64,000 nt of DNA, taken from an uncultured Acidobacteriota bacterium. Its GTDB lineage: Bacteria; Acidobacteriota; Vicinamibacteria; Vicinamibacterales; CAVVIG01. The position numbers were made by a program, and so were the translations under genes. Where the stretch lies: contig CAWIYH010000005.1 of the NCBI GenBank assembly GCA_963840225.1, forward strand, positions 85,750 through 149,749, given 5' to 3'. Below the pieces are notes generated by a model. It was not told the DNA's origin. It was given only the letters and a program-made list of their open reading frames with translations, and made no database searches. Shown in pieces: positions 31,374-41,470 of the stretch. The first letter of the stretch is position 1, and every line of letters starts with the position of its first letter.

Positions 31374-33212
31374 TCAGATCATACGAGTGGATTTGCGTGT
31401 CGACGCGTTTGTATCAGATGACTTCCGTTCATGGTCTTCTTCTTCCATCAACCAGCGACGCAGTTGCAGGATGTCGTTGGCGCGAACGATACCAACGGGC
31501 TTCGAGCTTTCGTGAGATTCGACGACAATGACATTTTCGACATTCTTCAGCAGCATTTCCCGATTCACCCGGTCGACCAACTCACCCGGGTAAGCCAGGA
31601 CGTAGTCCTGCCGGGCCAGCTCTCGCATCGTGAAATGGTGGTCCTGAGTATCGACCTTCAGCAGGTCGTGAGGCTCGACGATTCCTACGAGGGCCCCGTC
31701 TCTCTCCACGACCGGCAGCAATTCCACATTTTCCGGCGCCGACCTTTGCAGGATCGTACGCAGTTCCACATCGGCCTGAACCACCGAGAACTGGTTGCGC
31801 ATGACGTCATCGATCCGCGCCCGCATCAACACCGGTACCGAGTAGTCCTGAAGCACAATCAGGCCTCGTTTCACGAGCTTCCCCGTCATGATGGAATCCG
31901 GGCTGAACAGACGCACGAATCCATCGGATACCATGACGCAGACGATCAGTGGAAGCAGCGAATTCGGATTGTGGCTCAGCTCGAACAGGAACACGATGCT
32001 GGTGAACGGAGCGCGAGCTATCCCGCCGAACACCGCCCCCATTGCCACCAACGCATAGAAGGTCGGATTGCTGACCAGATGCGGAACGAAATGCTGGCAC
32101 GCGATGGCGTAGGCTCCTCCGATGCCGCCCCCGACGATCAGCGAGGGGGCGAAGACCCCGCCGGTGGTCCCTGAGCCCAGCGAGATCACCAGTGCCCAGA
32201 ACTTGGCCACGGAGACGCCCAGCAGGTCTGCTGCCATCAACCGACCATTCAGCATATCCCGGATCGTGTCGTATCCCGTGCCGAACACCTGCGGATAACC
32301 GTATCCAAGAACGCCCAAAACGACGGCTCCGATGGCGGGCGACCAGATGAGCGCACGCTTCATGGGAAGGTGATCGAACAACTCCTCGATCCAGAAGAGC
32401 GCTCGGATCATCGCGATGCCGACGATCCCCATCAGGATGCCCATCGCACCGAATAGCCACAGTTCAGTCATGCCGGTAATCTGATAGGCGGGCGTGGGGA
32501 ACAGGGGCGCCCACCCGGCAAAGTGGATGCGAACTCCGGTCGCGACGGCCGCCGCGAGAGACACTGGAATGAAAGAGCGAGCTCGGAACTCAAAGAGCAG
32601 CAGTTCGATCGCCACCAGAACTCCCGCCAGTGGTGCCGTAAACGTCGCCGCCATTCCAGCGGCCGCTCCCGCCGCCAGCAACACTCGCCGATAGTATGGC
32701 GTGAGACCGACCAGCTGTCCGAACAGGGATCCGCACGCGGCTCCCGTCTGAATGATGGGGCCCTCGGCCCCGAACGGGCCGCCGGTTCCGATAGCAAGAG
32801 CGGTCGCCAACGGCTTCAGAAAGGCCACCCGAAGCCGCATTCTGCTGCGGCTGAACAACACGGCTTCCATCGCTTCCGGGATGCCGTGACCCTTGAGTGT
32901 GGGTTCCCAGTAGTGGACCATGATTCCGACGGCCAGGCCGCCGATGGGGGGGATCAGTATCACCCACGGTCCCAGATGATGGTGCGCCGGGCTGGCGACG
33001 GCGAAAGAGAGCCGGCCGTAGAAGCACAGGTTCGTGAAGAAATAGATGAGCTCGAGCAGACCTTCCGCGACCAGACCACCAATCAGACCGATCAGCAATG
33101 CATAACCGGCGATGGTCATGACCTCGGGCTCCAGTGCTATTCCGAAGCTCCCCTTCTTCGGCAGCTGTGATCGTGATTCGGCCGCGCCTGCGGATAACGG
33201 AACATCAGCCAT
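31374..33212 (-). CDS. ClC chloride channel/antiporter with CBS domains (visibly lower GC)
   Basis: GHGIPE, GAEGP, GGVFAP, APFTSIVFLFE, C-terminal CBS pair. Confidence 0.93.
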   Translation of the reverse strand: MADVPLSAGAAESRSQLPKKGSFGIALEPEVMTIAGYALLIGLIGGLVAEGLLELIYFFTNLCFYGRLSFAVASPAHHHLGPWVILIPPIGGLAVGIMVHYWEPTLKGHGIPEAMEAVLFSRSRMRLRVAFLKPLATALAIGTGGPFGAEGPIIQTGAACGSLFGQLVGLTPYYRRVLLAAGAAAGMAATFTAPLAGVLVAIELLLFEFRARSFIPVSLAAAVATGVRIHFAGWAPLFPTPAYQITGMTELWLFGAMGILMGIVGIAMIRALFWIEELFDHLPMKRALIWSPAIGAVVLGVLGYGYPQVFGTGYDTIRDMLNGRLMAADLLGVSVAKFWALVISLGSGTTGGVFAPSLIVGGGIGGAYAIACQHFVPHLVSNPTFYALVAMGAVFGGIARAPFTSIVFLFELSHNPNSLLPLIVCVMVSDGFVRLFSPDSIMTGKLVKRGLIVLQDYSVPVLMRARIDDVMRNQFSVVQADVELRTILQRSAPENVELLPVVERDGALVGIVEPHDLLKVDTQDHHFTMRELARQDYVLAYPGELVDRVNREMLLKNVENVIVVESHESSKPVGIVRANDILQLRRWLMEEEDHERKSSDTNASTRKSTRMI

Positions 33213-33576
33213 CGACAGCTCCTAGGCGTCGTTGATCGCCGCCCTCGAAGGATGGCGGACAAGGATTGGACGAGTCATGTGCACACGGGACGATGGCGTA
33301 TGCCATCGACCGACGTCACCGTGGCAGCTGACGACCGCACGGTGCCCGAGCGCCTGGCACACCGGCGTAAGCGGCGCGCCGACGTGGCGATCCGCGCCCA
33401 ACGGATCGTGCAGCTCGTGGACGGGGCGTGAGTGTGATCGGTTTTCTATCTCAACCCGCCGCGGCAGGCGGCCTGTTCGCCGTTCGTGAAGAGACGGCCA
33501 TTGAAGGCACGCAAGGGCGATTATATATTGGATGCCATATAAGTGGCGAGTCGCGGCCGGAGCGGCCTGGCGGCGG

Positions 33577-33987
33577 CTATCGGCCCGTTTCGAGCGCCGC
33601 CAGCACGCCGCGGAGCCTCCGGTCGGCCTCCTCCGCCACGGCCTGCAGCTCGGCGTTCGACCCGACGACGCCGAGCGCAGCCAGGGGCGCCATCGCGGCG
33701 ACCACGCTGGCCTCCGCGCCGCTCTCGTAGACGATGACGTTGCAGGGCAGGAGCAGCCCGATCTCGAGCTCCGCGTGCAGCGCGCGGTCGGCGAGCGGCG
33801 GGTTGCACGCGCCGAGAATCACGTATTTCCGGAACGTGCGATCGAGCTTCGCCTTGAGCGTCTGCTGCACGTCGATGGTCGTCAGAACGCCGAACCCTTC
33901 CGCCTTGAGCGCGTCTTTCGTGCGTTCGACGGCCGCGTCGAACGGGATCGCCAGGGTCACGCGCAGTCCGTAAGCCGTTTCCTGCAT
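33577..33987 (-). CDS. DUF302 domain protein
   Basis: EGFGVLTTIDV, YVILGACNP, IGLLLPCNV. Confidence 0.92.
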   Translation of the reverse strand: MQETAYGLRVTLAIPFDAAVERTKDALKAEGFGVLTTIDVQQTLKAKLDRTFRKYVILGACNPPLADRALHAELEIGLLLPCNVIVYESGAEASVVAAMAPLAALGVVGSNAELQAVAEEADRRLRGVLAALETGR

Positions 33988-34149
33988 GCTGCACCTCGTC
34001 CAGGAAGGGTCGAGCGGGGGACCGAGCCTCCATTGTCCGCCAAAGGGCCCGCTGCCGACGAGCCCACTCCACTTGAGATGCCAGTGATAAGTGCCGGCAT
34101 GCCGCGTGCGCGTCCTTCGTCGATGCCGGGTTGCGATCGAACGCCGGGC

Positions 34150-34330
34150 CCGGCGCGTCGGCGGCGCTCCTCCGGGACGCCGCGCGCCAGATCGAGCCGC
34201 AGGCCACGCTCTACAACGTCGCGGGCATGACGCGCATCGTGTCGAACGCCATCGTGCAGCCGAGGCTCGACGCCGTCGTGATGGGCGTGTTCGCCGGCGT
34301 GGCCCTCAGGCTGGCGGCGATCGGCGTCGC
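34150..34330 (+). pseudogene. Fragment of an ADOP/MacB-type ABC permease
   Basis: LRDAARQIEP...YNVAGMTRIV...QPRL...GVFAGVAL.LAAIGV.G. Confidence 0.65.
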
Positions 34331-34391
34331 GGGGGGTAGCGGCGCTGGCGGAACTCCGGCAGCCAGGGTCACAGCGGCCGCGAATTGGCCT

Positions 34392-34405
34392 GGTCCGTAT
34401 CTTGC
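34392..34405 (+). promoter_or_regulatory. sigma-54 motif upstream of the USP gene
   Basis: (T)GGTCCGTATCTTGC. Confidence 0.6.
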
Positions 34406-34420
34406 ACTTTCGGCACTGAC

Positions 34421-34867
34421 GTGGCGCGTCTGCGGCGGATCCTCTTCGCATCGGACTTCTCGCCCGCTTCCCGGCGGGCCTTTGCAACGGCCATCCGGCT
34501 GGCGCGTATGGATCGCGCCGCGTTGACCATCCTGCACGTCGTCACGCCGGTCGCCACGATTCCGGTCGACCCGTTGGCGGCGGTGACGCTTTGGCAGGAA
34601 ATCGAGCGGAGTACGCGCGCGTGGGCCAGGGGCCAGGTCAAGCGGCTCGTCGCCCGCGCCCGGAAGGCCGGCGTCGGCGCAGAGGGGCTCGTTCGCGACG
34701 GGAACCCCGCGGACGTTGTCGTCCGGACGGCGCGGACGGCACGCGCCGATCTGATTGTCATCGGAACCCACGGGCGCACCGGCTTGTCGCGGATGTTCGT
34801 CGGCAGCGTCGCCGCGCGGGTCGTGGCCACCGCGTCCTGTCCGGTCGTCACGGTCCGCGGTCGCTGA
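34421..34867 (+). CDS. Universal stress protein
   Basis: RILFASDFS, GNPA...ADLIVIGTHGRTG...GSVAARVV...CPV. Confidence 0.93.
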   Translation: MARLRRILFASDFSPASRRAFATAIRLARMDRAALTILHVVTPVATIPVDPLAAVTLWQEIERSTRAWARGQVKRLVARARKAGVGAEGLVRDGNPADVVVRTARTARADLIVIGTHGRTGLSRMFVGSVAARVVATASCPVVTVRGR

Positions 34868-34931
34868 GCGAGCGGCCGCGGCGACTCGTTCCCGCCTATA
34901 ATCGCCTCGCGTCCACACCCGCGAGGTCCAC

Positions 34932-36497
34932 ATGTCCCCGACGCGTTCGCAGTGGTATCACCTGTACGGTCGTCCCGTCAGCCGCCGGGATTTCCTGCGC
35001 GTCGGGCGCGACGTCGCCGGCCTGATCGCGCTGGCATCGCTCTCCGGCGACGCGGTGGCCCAGACACGGTTGAGCGGCAATCCCTTCACGCTCGGCGTCG
35101 CGTCGGGGGATCCCTGGCCCGACGGGGTGGTGTTGTGGACGAAGCTCGATCCTGCGGTGGTCGGACAGGCGAAGGCCGCGTCGGTCCGATGGGAGGTCGC
35201 CGCCGACGATCGGTTCCGGCGGATCGTGCGCCGCGGCTCGAGCCTCGCGCCGGCCGAACTGGGTCATACGGTGCACGCCGAGGTCGGAGGCCTCGCGCCC
35301 GGCCGGGACTACTGGTATCGCTTCTCGACCGGGGGGCAGGTCAGCGCGGCCGCACGGAGCCGGACGGCGCCTGCCGCGGGCGCCGCGGCCGACCGCGTGC
35401 GCTTTGCGTTCATCTCGTGCCAGAACTACGAGCACGGCTACTACACCGCATTCCGCCACCTCGCCGACGAACATCCGGATGTCATCGTCCATCTCGGCGA
35501 CTACATCTACGAGAAGCGGTTCCCCTCGGCTCCCGCGGTTCGCGAGCACAAGGGCGGCGAGGTGTTCACGCTCGATCAGTACCGGGCCCGCTACGCGCTC
35601 TACCGCGCTGACCTGGACCTGCAGTCCGCGCACGCCGCGTGCCCGTGGATCGTCACGAACGACGACCACGAGGTCGCCAACAACTGGGCGGGGCCCTTCG
35701 CCGAGGACACCTCGATCCCGCCCGAGCAGTTCCTGCTGCGGCGGGCCGCCGCCTACCAGGCGTACTTCGAGTTCATGCCGCTGCGGCGGACGTCGCTGCC
35801 ACACGGCCCCCGGATGCAGATCTACCGGCGGCTGGAGTTCGGAGGGCTGCTGCGGTTCCACGTCCTCGACACGCGCCAGTTCCGGTCGGATCAGGCGTGC
35901 GGCGATGGCACCAAGCCGCGGTGCCCCGACGTCTTCCAGCCGCAGCGAACGATGATGGGAGGCGAGCAGGAGCGGTGGCTGGCCGAGGGCCTGCGCGGAT
36001 CTCCCGCGCGCTGGAACGTGCTGGCGAACCAGGTGATGATCGCGCAGACCACGCGCATGGCGAAGGACGAGCCGGTGTTCTCGATGGACAAGTGGGATGG
36101 CTACGTCCCGGCCCGCCACCGGCTGATGACCCTGCTCGCCGACAATCGAGTCTCGAACCCGGTCGTCGTGACCGGCGACATCCACACGAACTGGGTCGCC
36201 GATCTGAAGATGGACTACGACGATCCCGGCTCCGCCGTGGTCGGCGCCGAGTTGGTGGGTACGTCGATGACCTCGGGGGGCGACGGCAACGACGCGGACA
36301 CGAGCCGCGTGCAGGCGCTCAACCCGCACGTGAAGTTCTTCAACGCGCGCCGCGGCTACGTCAGCGTCGAGGTGGCGCCGGCGCGCCTGACGAGCACGTA
36401 TCGCTGTGTGCCGTACGTCAGCCGTCCCGGCGCACCGATCGAGACCGTGGGCACGTTCGTCGTGGAGAACGGCCGGCGAGGGGTCGACCGCGCGTGA
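34932..36497 (+). CDS. phoD: Alkaline phosphatase D, Tat-exported
   Basis: SRRDFL twin-Arg, FTLGVASGDP, HLGDYIYE, DDHEVANN, LDTRQFR, DKWDGY, TGDIH. Confidence 0.95.
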   Translation: MSPTRSQWYHLYGRPVSRRDFLRVGRDVAGLIALASLSGDAVAQTRLSGNPFTLGVASGDPWPDGVVLWTKLDPAVVGQAKAASVRWEVAADDRFRRIVRRGSSLAPAELGHTVHAEVGGLAPGRDYWYRFSTGGQVSAAARSRTAPAAGAAADRVRFAFISCQNYEHGYYTAFRHLADEHPDVIVHLGDYIYEKRFPSAPAVREHKGGEVFTLDQYRARYALYRADLDLQSAHAACPWIVTNDDHEVANNWAGPFAEDTSIPPEQFLLRRAAAYQAYFEFMPLRRTSLPHGPRMQIYRRLEFGGLLRFHVLDTRQFRSDQACGDGTKPRCPDVFQPQRTMMGGEQERWLAEGLRGSPARWNVLANQVMIAQTTRMAKDEPVFSMDKWDGYVPARHRLMTLLADNRVSNPVVVTGDIHTNWVADLKMDYDDPGSAVVGAELVGTSMTSGGDGNDADTSRVQALNPHVKFFNARRGYVSVEVAPARLTSTYRCVPYVSRPGAPIETVGTFVVENGRRGVDRA

Positions 36498-36506
36498 ACG
36501 CGCGGC

Positions 36507-37601
36507 TCATTTCCTGACGTACTTCTTCACGTCCTTCGGCCCGACTTCGGCGCCCCAGATGTTGCCGTCGGCGTCGACCGCCACCCCCTCTGCGGCGCTC
36601 GTGCCCCTGGCGTGCTGGTCGGGGTCCGGAATCAGGAACCTGACCGAGCCGTCCTTCGCGCTGCCGATCCGGATGCCGCGCTTCCAGCCGTCGTGGTTCT
36701 TCGAGACCGATTCGGACTCGGAATCGGCCACGTACATCGTGTCGTCCGGCGTGATGAAGATGCCGCTCGGCCGGCTGAACTGCTTCCATTCGGTGATGTA
36801 GCGGCCGTCCTGATCGAAAATTTCGATCCGGTTGTTGCTGCGATCGCCGATGTAGAGGCGGCCCTTCGAGTCGAGCGCCAGGGCGTGCGGCTGATCGAAC
36901 TCGCCGGGCCCGGTACCGCGCCGGCCCCACGTCTTCAGCAGCTTGCCGTCCTTGGAGAACTTGAAGATGCGATCGACGGGCGCGCCGTGCCCCTGGGCGA
37001 CGAAGATGTCTCCGTTCGGGGCGACCAGCACGTCGTTCGGCTGATAGAAGTAATCGGGATCGGCGGCGCCGCCCTTCTTGCCGAGCGTCATCAGCAGCTT
37101 GCCCTCCGGGCTGAACTTGAAGACCTGGTGGCCGCGCATCACGCCGGGCCGCGGGATCGGCGCGTCGCCCGGCGCGACGCCGCCGCGCGCTCCCCGCGGC
37201 GCGTCGTCGCCGGCGTCGGTCACCCAGACGTTGCCGTCGCGGTCGACGTCGATGCCGTGCGGGAACGCCATGAGCCCTCCGCCGAAGCTCTTCACGAGCT
37301 GGCCCGACGGGTCGAATTCGAGCACGGCCGGCAGGTCGGATCCGGCACAGCTGTTCGCCCCGCACCGCTCCGCGACCCAGATGCTGCGGCCGTCATGGGC
37401 GACGGCCACGGCGCTCGTCGAGCCCCACGTGCGTCCCGCCGGCATCTTCAGGAAGTTCTCGACCGTGCGGTACGGATTCGCCAGGTCGTTGGTCGGCGCC
37501 ACGGCGTCGCTCTGCGCCCACACGGTCGCCCCGACCATCAATACTGCCGCCGCCACGCGAACATAGGCCGCCGACAAATCCGCTCCACCGCCTCGTGCCA
37601 T
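36507..37601 (-). CDS. Secreted NHL-repeat beta-propeller (PAL-like) protein
   Basis: Repeats FPHGIDVD, QPNDVLV, QPHALALD, RPSGIFI; signal peptide. Confidence 0.88.
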   Translation of the reverse strand: MARGGGADLSAAYVRVAAAVLMVGATVWAQSDAVAPTNDLANPYRTVENFLKMPAGRTWGSTSAVAVAHDGRSIWVAERCGANSCAGSDLPAVLEFDPSGQLVKSFGGGLMAFPHGIDVDRDGNVWVTDAGDDAPRGARGGVAPGDAPIPRPGVMRGHQVFKFSPEGKLLMTLGKKGGAADPDYFYQPNDVLVAPNGDIFVAQGHGAPVDRIFKFSKDGKLLKTWGRRGTGPGEFDQPHALALDSKGRLYIGDRSNNRIEIFDQDGRYITEWKQFSRPSGIFITPDDTMYVADSESESVSKNHDGWKRGIRIGSAKDGSVRFLIPDPDQHARGTSAAEGVAVDADGNIWGAEVGPKDVKKYVRK

Positions 37602-37645
37602 CGCCGTCTCCCTCCCAGGTCTGGGGGAGTATATCCCGAGGGGCA

Positions 37646-38836
37646 TCAGATGGCGGAGGGCCGGGCGACGACGCTCGCTTCGCCCGTGCGGAAGAGCGCG
37701 CGTCGCGCGAGGAGCGGTCCGACGATCTCGAAGAGGATGACGCCGGCGAGCACGATGCCGGTGATGCTGGCCGCTTCGGTGGGAAAGAGCGTTCGGATCT
37801 GGATGGTCAGCCCGATCGCCAGAGACGACGACGAGATGAGACAGAGCCCGAGATGGCGGCGCAGGATGTCGGGCACTTCGAGCAGCCGCCCGCCGAGGCG
37901 GGTGCCCAGCACTTTGCCGGCCGAGCGCAGCGTGACGTACGCGAGGCCCGCGACCCCGATGCCGGCGAGGGTCTCGGGGCGGAGCTCGGCGCCCGCGAGC
38001 ACGAAGAACGCCGCATAGAACGGCGGCTCGGCCTGACGCAGCGCGGCCAGCAGGTTTGCGCTGCGCTCCGACGCGTTCACCAGCGTGGCTCCGAGCACGA
38101 GGGTCGTGACCAGGGACGAGAGGTTCAGCCAGCGCGCCGCGCCGACGGCTACCAGCAGGATGCCGAGACCGAGCACCGAGAGCTCGGCGGTGGTGTTCAC
38201 GCGGCGCGTCCAGGTGTCGAGCCCCACGCCGAGCACGGCGCCCAGGGCGACCAATCCCACAATGCCCCACACGGCGCCGAAGATGCCCGCGTAGGCCGAG
38301 ACGGATGGCGCCGGGCCCCCGAAATGACCGATGACGGCGCTCGCCACGCCGAACGCGACCAGCACGAGCATGTTGTTCAGGGCGAGCATCGCGATCAGCA
38401 GGTCGGTGAGGGGCCCCTGCGCGTCGTACTCCCTCAGCACCATGAGGGTCGTCGCCGGCGCCGTCTCCATCGCGATGATGCCGAGCAGGGTTGCCGCCGA
38501 CAGCGGCAGCCCGACGGCGAGCATGCCGCCGAAGACGAGCACCGCCGCGCCCCCGGCCTCGAGGAGCGTCAGGAGCACGACGCGACGGCCGAGGGGCGCG
38601 ATCCGCGAGGCCTCGAAGAACGCGCCGATGCTGAACAGGATCAGGCCGAGGGCGATCTCGCTCAGAAACTGCAGCGCTTCGCGGTTGTCGACGGAGATGA
38701 CATCGAGCACGCCCGGGCCGAGCGCCGCGCCGACCAGGAGATAGCCGGTCACCTCCGGCACGCGCGCCAGCTGGGCGAGATGGCCGGCGGCGACGGCCGC
38801 CAGGAGAATCAGCCCGACCGAGAGGATTTCGTTCAC
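37646..38836 (-). CDS. Cation:proton antiporter (CPA2/Kef-like)
   Basis: About 12 TM helices; PEVTGYLLVG, LILFSIG, TAPATT, FFVLAG, RSAGK. Confidence 0.88.
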   Translation of the reverse strand: MNEILSVGLILLAAVAAGHLAQLARVPEVTGYLLVGAALGPGVLDVISVDNREALQFLSEIALGLILFSIGAFFEASRIAPLGRRVVLLTLLEAGGAAVLVFGGMLAVGLPLSAATLLGIIAMETAPATTLMVLREYDAQGPLTDLLIAMLALNNMLVLVAFGVASAVIGHFGGPAPSVSAYAGIFGAVWGIVGLVALGAVLGVGLDTWTRRVNTTAELSVLGLGILLVAVGAARWLNLSSLVTTLVLGATLVNASERSANLLAALRQAEPPFYAAFFVLAGAELRPETLAGIGVAGLAYVTLRSAGKVLGTRLGGRLLEVPDILRRHLGLCLISSSSLAIGLTIQIRTLFPTEAASITGIVLAGVILFEIVGPLLARRALFRTGEASVVARPSAI

Positions 38837-40098
38837 CGTATCCTTGTGAAGAAACGCTGCCCGCCGTCCTCGACCCACAGGACCGCGCCCGATCGCGGCG
38901 TCTCCTGGGAACCCGGCGTCCTGGCGTTCACCGTCAGCAGGCGCGCGGTGCGCGAGACGTGGGCGGCGGAGAGCCCGGCGGGCAGCCAGTCGGCCACGAG
39001 CGGCGCGCGCTCCGGCGCCTTTCGAGGTACGCCACGCCACCACGCGTCGAGCAGCCGCTCAGGCGTGACCACGATCTCCTTCGTCTGTCTGCCGCGCCGG
39101 ACCGTGAACGTCGCCGGCAGCCACGGTGGAAGCGCCGCGACAATCGCGCCCGCCGTGCCCGAGCTGGACGTCGCCTCGCCGGCGACGTCGACAACGACGT
39201 CTCCGGCACGCAGCCCGGCGGATTCGGCCGGACTGTCGGGCGAGACGTCCGCGACCAGGGCGCCCTCCTCGCCGAACGCCGCGGCGAGGTCGGCGTCGAG
39301 GGGCTGGAAGGTCACGCCGACGCCGCTCGGGTTCCCCCGGCCCTCCGCCGTCAGGCGCCGGAGGCGATCGATCGCGGCCCCCAGGGCGTACGCGCGCCAC
39401 GACCCGGCGGGCCCGGCGATGGCGAACGCCCGTCCGGACACGGTGAAGAGCGGCGCGCCGTCCGCGGCCCCGCCGCTCGTGAGCAGGTAGTCGTCGCCGT
39501 CCCTGCCGGCGACGAACATCGGCGCGATGGTGTCGCTCGCGCCGGCCCGGCCGGCGGCGAAGACCATGTCGCCCGGACCCGGCGGCTCGTCGGCCATCGC
39601 CGCCGGCTGCAGCGCGTCGGCGGCGTCCAGTTTCACGATGACGAGGCCCGATCGCGGATCGTAGACGGTCACATCGCCGCTGACCTCGCGGCCACTCGCG
39701 AGGCGCGCCCGCGCACGGGAGCCGCCCACGGCGCTCGCGAGCGTCAGGACGTCGCTGTCGGTCGAGATCAACAGCCCGGCGCCGCCCCCGGTCGCCCGCG
39801 TGGCGTCGCTCTGCCACTCCGCGTGGAGCTGAGGCGCCGTCGGCGATTGCGCCGGCGGCGTGAAGGTGACCACGGCTCCGCCGACCCGCCGCGCCGCGGC
39901 CTGCACCGCGTCGAGAGTCTGGGGGACGCCGCGCCCCGTGATGAGCTCTTCCAGCATCGGCGCCGGCGCTTCGGTCGAGGGCAGCGAGAAGGACTCGGGA
40001 GCATGCGGCCGCAGCAGCAGGCCCAGTGCGAGCACCGCGATCGCGACGGCGGCGAGGACGAGGCGGGTGGACGGCGACGACAGCAGCTTGGCCGGCAC
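38833..40098 (-). CDS. Degenerate HtrA-like trypsin + PDZ protein (catalytic His/Ser not recognisable)
   Basis: GAGLLI...VLTLASAV, DPRSGLVIVK, DGAPLF; PDZ GALVADV.PDSPAESAGLRAGDVV; N-terminal TM. Confidence 0.75.
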   Translation of the reverse strand: MPAKLLSSPSTRLVLAAVAIAVLALGLLLRPHAPESFSLPSTEAPAPMLEELITGRGVPQTLDAVQAAARRVGGAVVTFTPPAQSPTAPQLHAEWQSDATRATGGGAGLLISTDSDVLTLASAVGGSRARARLASGREVSGDVTVYDPRSGLVIVKLDAADALQPAAMADEPPGPGDMVFAAGRAGASDTIAPMFVAGRDGDDYLLTSGGAADGAPLFTVSGRAFAIAGPAGSWRAYALGAAIDRLRRLTAEGRGNPSGVGVTFQPLDADLAAAFGEEGALVADVSPDSPAESAGLRAGDVVVDVAGEATSSSGTAGAIVAALPPWLPATFTVRRGRQTKEIVVTPERLLDAWWRGVPRKAPERAPLVADWLPAGLSAAHVSRTARLLTVNARTPGSQETPRSGAVLWVEDGGQRFFTRIR

Positions 40099-40177
40099 GG
40101 GTCCTAGTGTACGCCGCGCTGGCCGCGCGCCCGGCACCGGATATCGGGCGCCGCGATCCCCCAGTTAAGATACAGGC

Positions 40178-41320
40178 GTGACCGATTCGCCCCGCGCCCG
40201 TTTCGTCGAGTTCGCCGTCGACCACTCGCTCGTGCTTCCCGTTGGTGCCGTCCTCGCCCTGATCTGGGTCAACCTCGGTCCGGAGAGTTATGAGCGCTTC
40301 GCCCATGCGCTCCATTTCGCTGTCAACGACGTCGCCATGGTGTTCTTCTTCGCCCTCGCCACGAAGGAGGTCGTGGAGGCGACCGCGCCGGGCGGCGCCC
40401 TCCATACCTGGAGGCGCGCGGCGCTGCCCGTCGTCGCGGCGACGGGCGGCATGGTCGGCCCGGCCATCATCTACATCGTCCTGGTCCACGCGTGGCATCA
40501 GCCGGTCCTCACGCGGGGATGGGCGATCCCCTGCGCCACCGACATCGCGTTCAGTTACCTCGTCGCCCGCGGCATCTTCAAGCGCCATCCTGCCATCCCG
40601 TTCCTTCTGCTTCTCGCGATTGCCGACGATGCGCTCGGGCTCGTGATCCTCGCCGTGTTCTATCCGATCGGCGAGCTGCATCTACTCGAGGCGCTCGTGC
40701 TCATGTCGGCGGCGATCCTCCTCTCGTACCTGATTCGCCGGCGCAGGTCGAAGAACTTCTGGCCCTACGTCGTCGCGGGAGGATCCTTTTCCTGGGCCGC
40801 GCTGTACTTCGGCGGACTGCACCCCGCGCTGGCGCTCGTGCCCATCGTTCCGTTCCTGCCCCATGCCGCCCGGGACCCCGGCCTGTTCGTGGAGGCGCCG
40901 CCGACCGCGCACGATACTCTCAGCGAGTTCGAGCACTGGTGGAAGTACCCGGTGCAGGGCATCCTCTTCTTCTTCGGCCTGGCAAACGCGGGCGTGCCGT
41001 TCGAGCAGTTCGGGCCAGGCACGTGGGCCGTCCTGGTCGCGATTCTCGCGGGAAAACCAATCGGCATCATCGCGTCGGTCGTGATGGCCGTGTTCGCCGG
41101 TCTGCACCTGCCGGCGAAGCTGGGGTGGAAGGACCTGGTGGTCGTCGGATTCGCCGCGGCCATCGGCTTCACGGTCGCCCTGTTCTTCGCGACGGCGGCG
41201 TTCCCGGTCGGCCCGCTCCTCGACCAGACCAAGATGGGCGCGCTCCTGAGCGTCAGCGGATCGGTTGTGGCGTTAGGGGCTGCGGCCCTGCTGCGGGTCG
41301 GGCGCTTCGGGCGGACTTAG
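40178..41320 (+). CDS. nhaA: Na+/H+ antiporter NhaA
   Basis: VNDVAMVFFF, GWAIPCATDIAF, LAIADD, GKPIGI, IGFTVALF. Confidence 0.93.
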   Translation: MTDSPRARFVEFAVDHSLVLPVGAVLALIWVNLGPESYERFAHALHFAVNDVAMVFFFALATKEVVEATAPGGALHTWRRAALPVVAATGGMVGPAIIYIVLVHAWHQPVLTRGWAIPCATDIAFSYLVARGIFKRHPAIPFLLLLAIADDALGLVILAVFYPIGELHLLEALVLMSAAILLSYLIRRRRSKNFWPYVVAGGSFSWAALYFGGLHPALALVPIVPFLPHAARDPGLFVEAPPTAHDTLSEFEHWWKYPVQGILFFFGLANAGVPFEQFGPGTWAVLVAILAGKPIGIIASVVMAVFAGLHLPAKLGWKDLVVVGFAAAIGFTVALFFATAAFPVGPLLDQTKMGALLSVSGSVVALGAAALLRVGRFGRT

Positions 41321-41470
41321 ATCAGGGCGCGCTGCAAAATGACGCTGACGGGCCCCGTCCGAGGCCAGCCCCCGAGTGCTCAGGCCGACAAACGTGCATA
41401 CGGCTGACGGCCTTGCGCGCTCGTGGGCGCCCGGCCTCGGCCACCCGTCACCCGCGATCTGACAGTCGAG

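Noticed and set aside
33291-33308. Inverted repeat CGATGGC-N4-GCCATCG upstream of ClC
   Set aside because: Short, GC-rich and single; cannot be distinguished from chance
12000-35000. Prophage, ICE or defence island
   Set aside because: No integrase, phage, conjugation or recognisable defence genes
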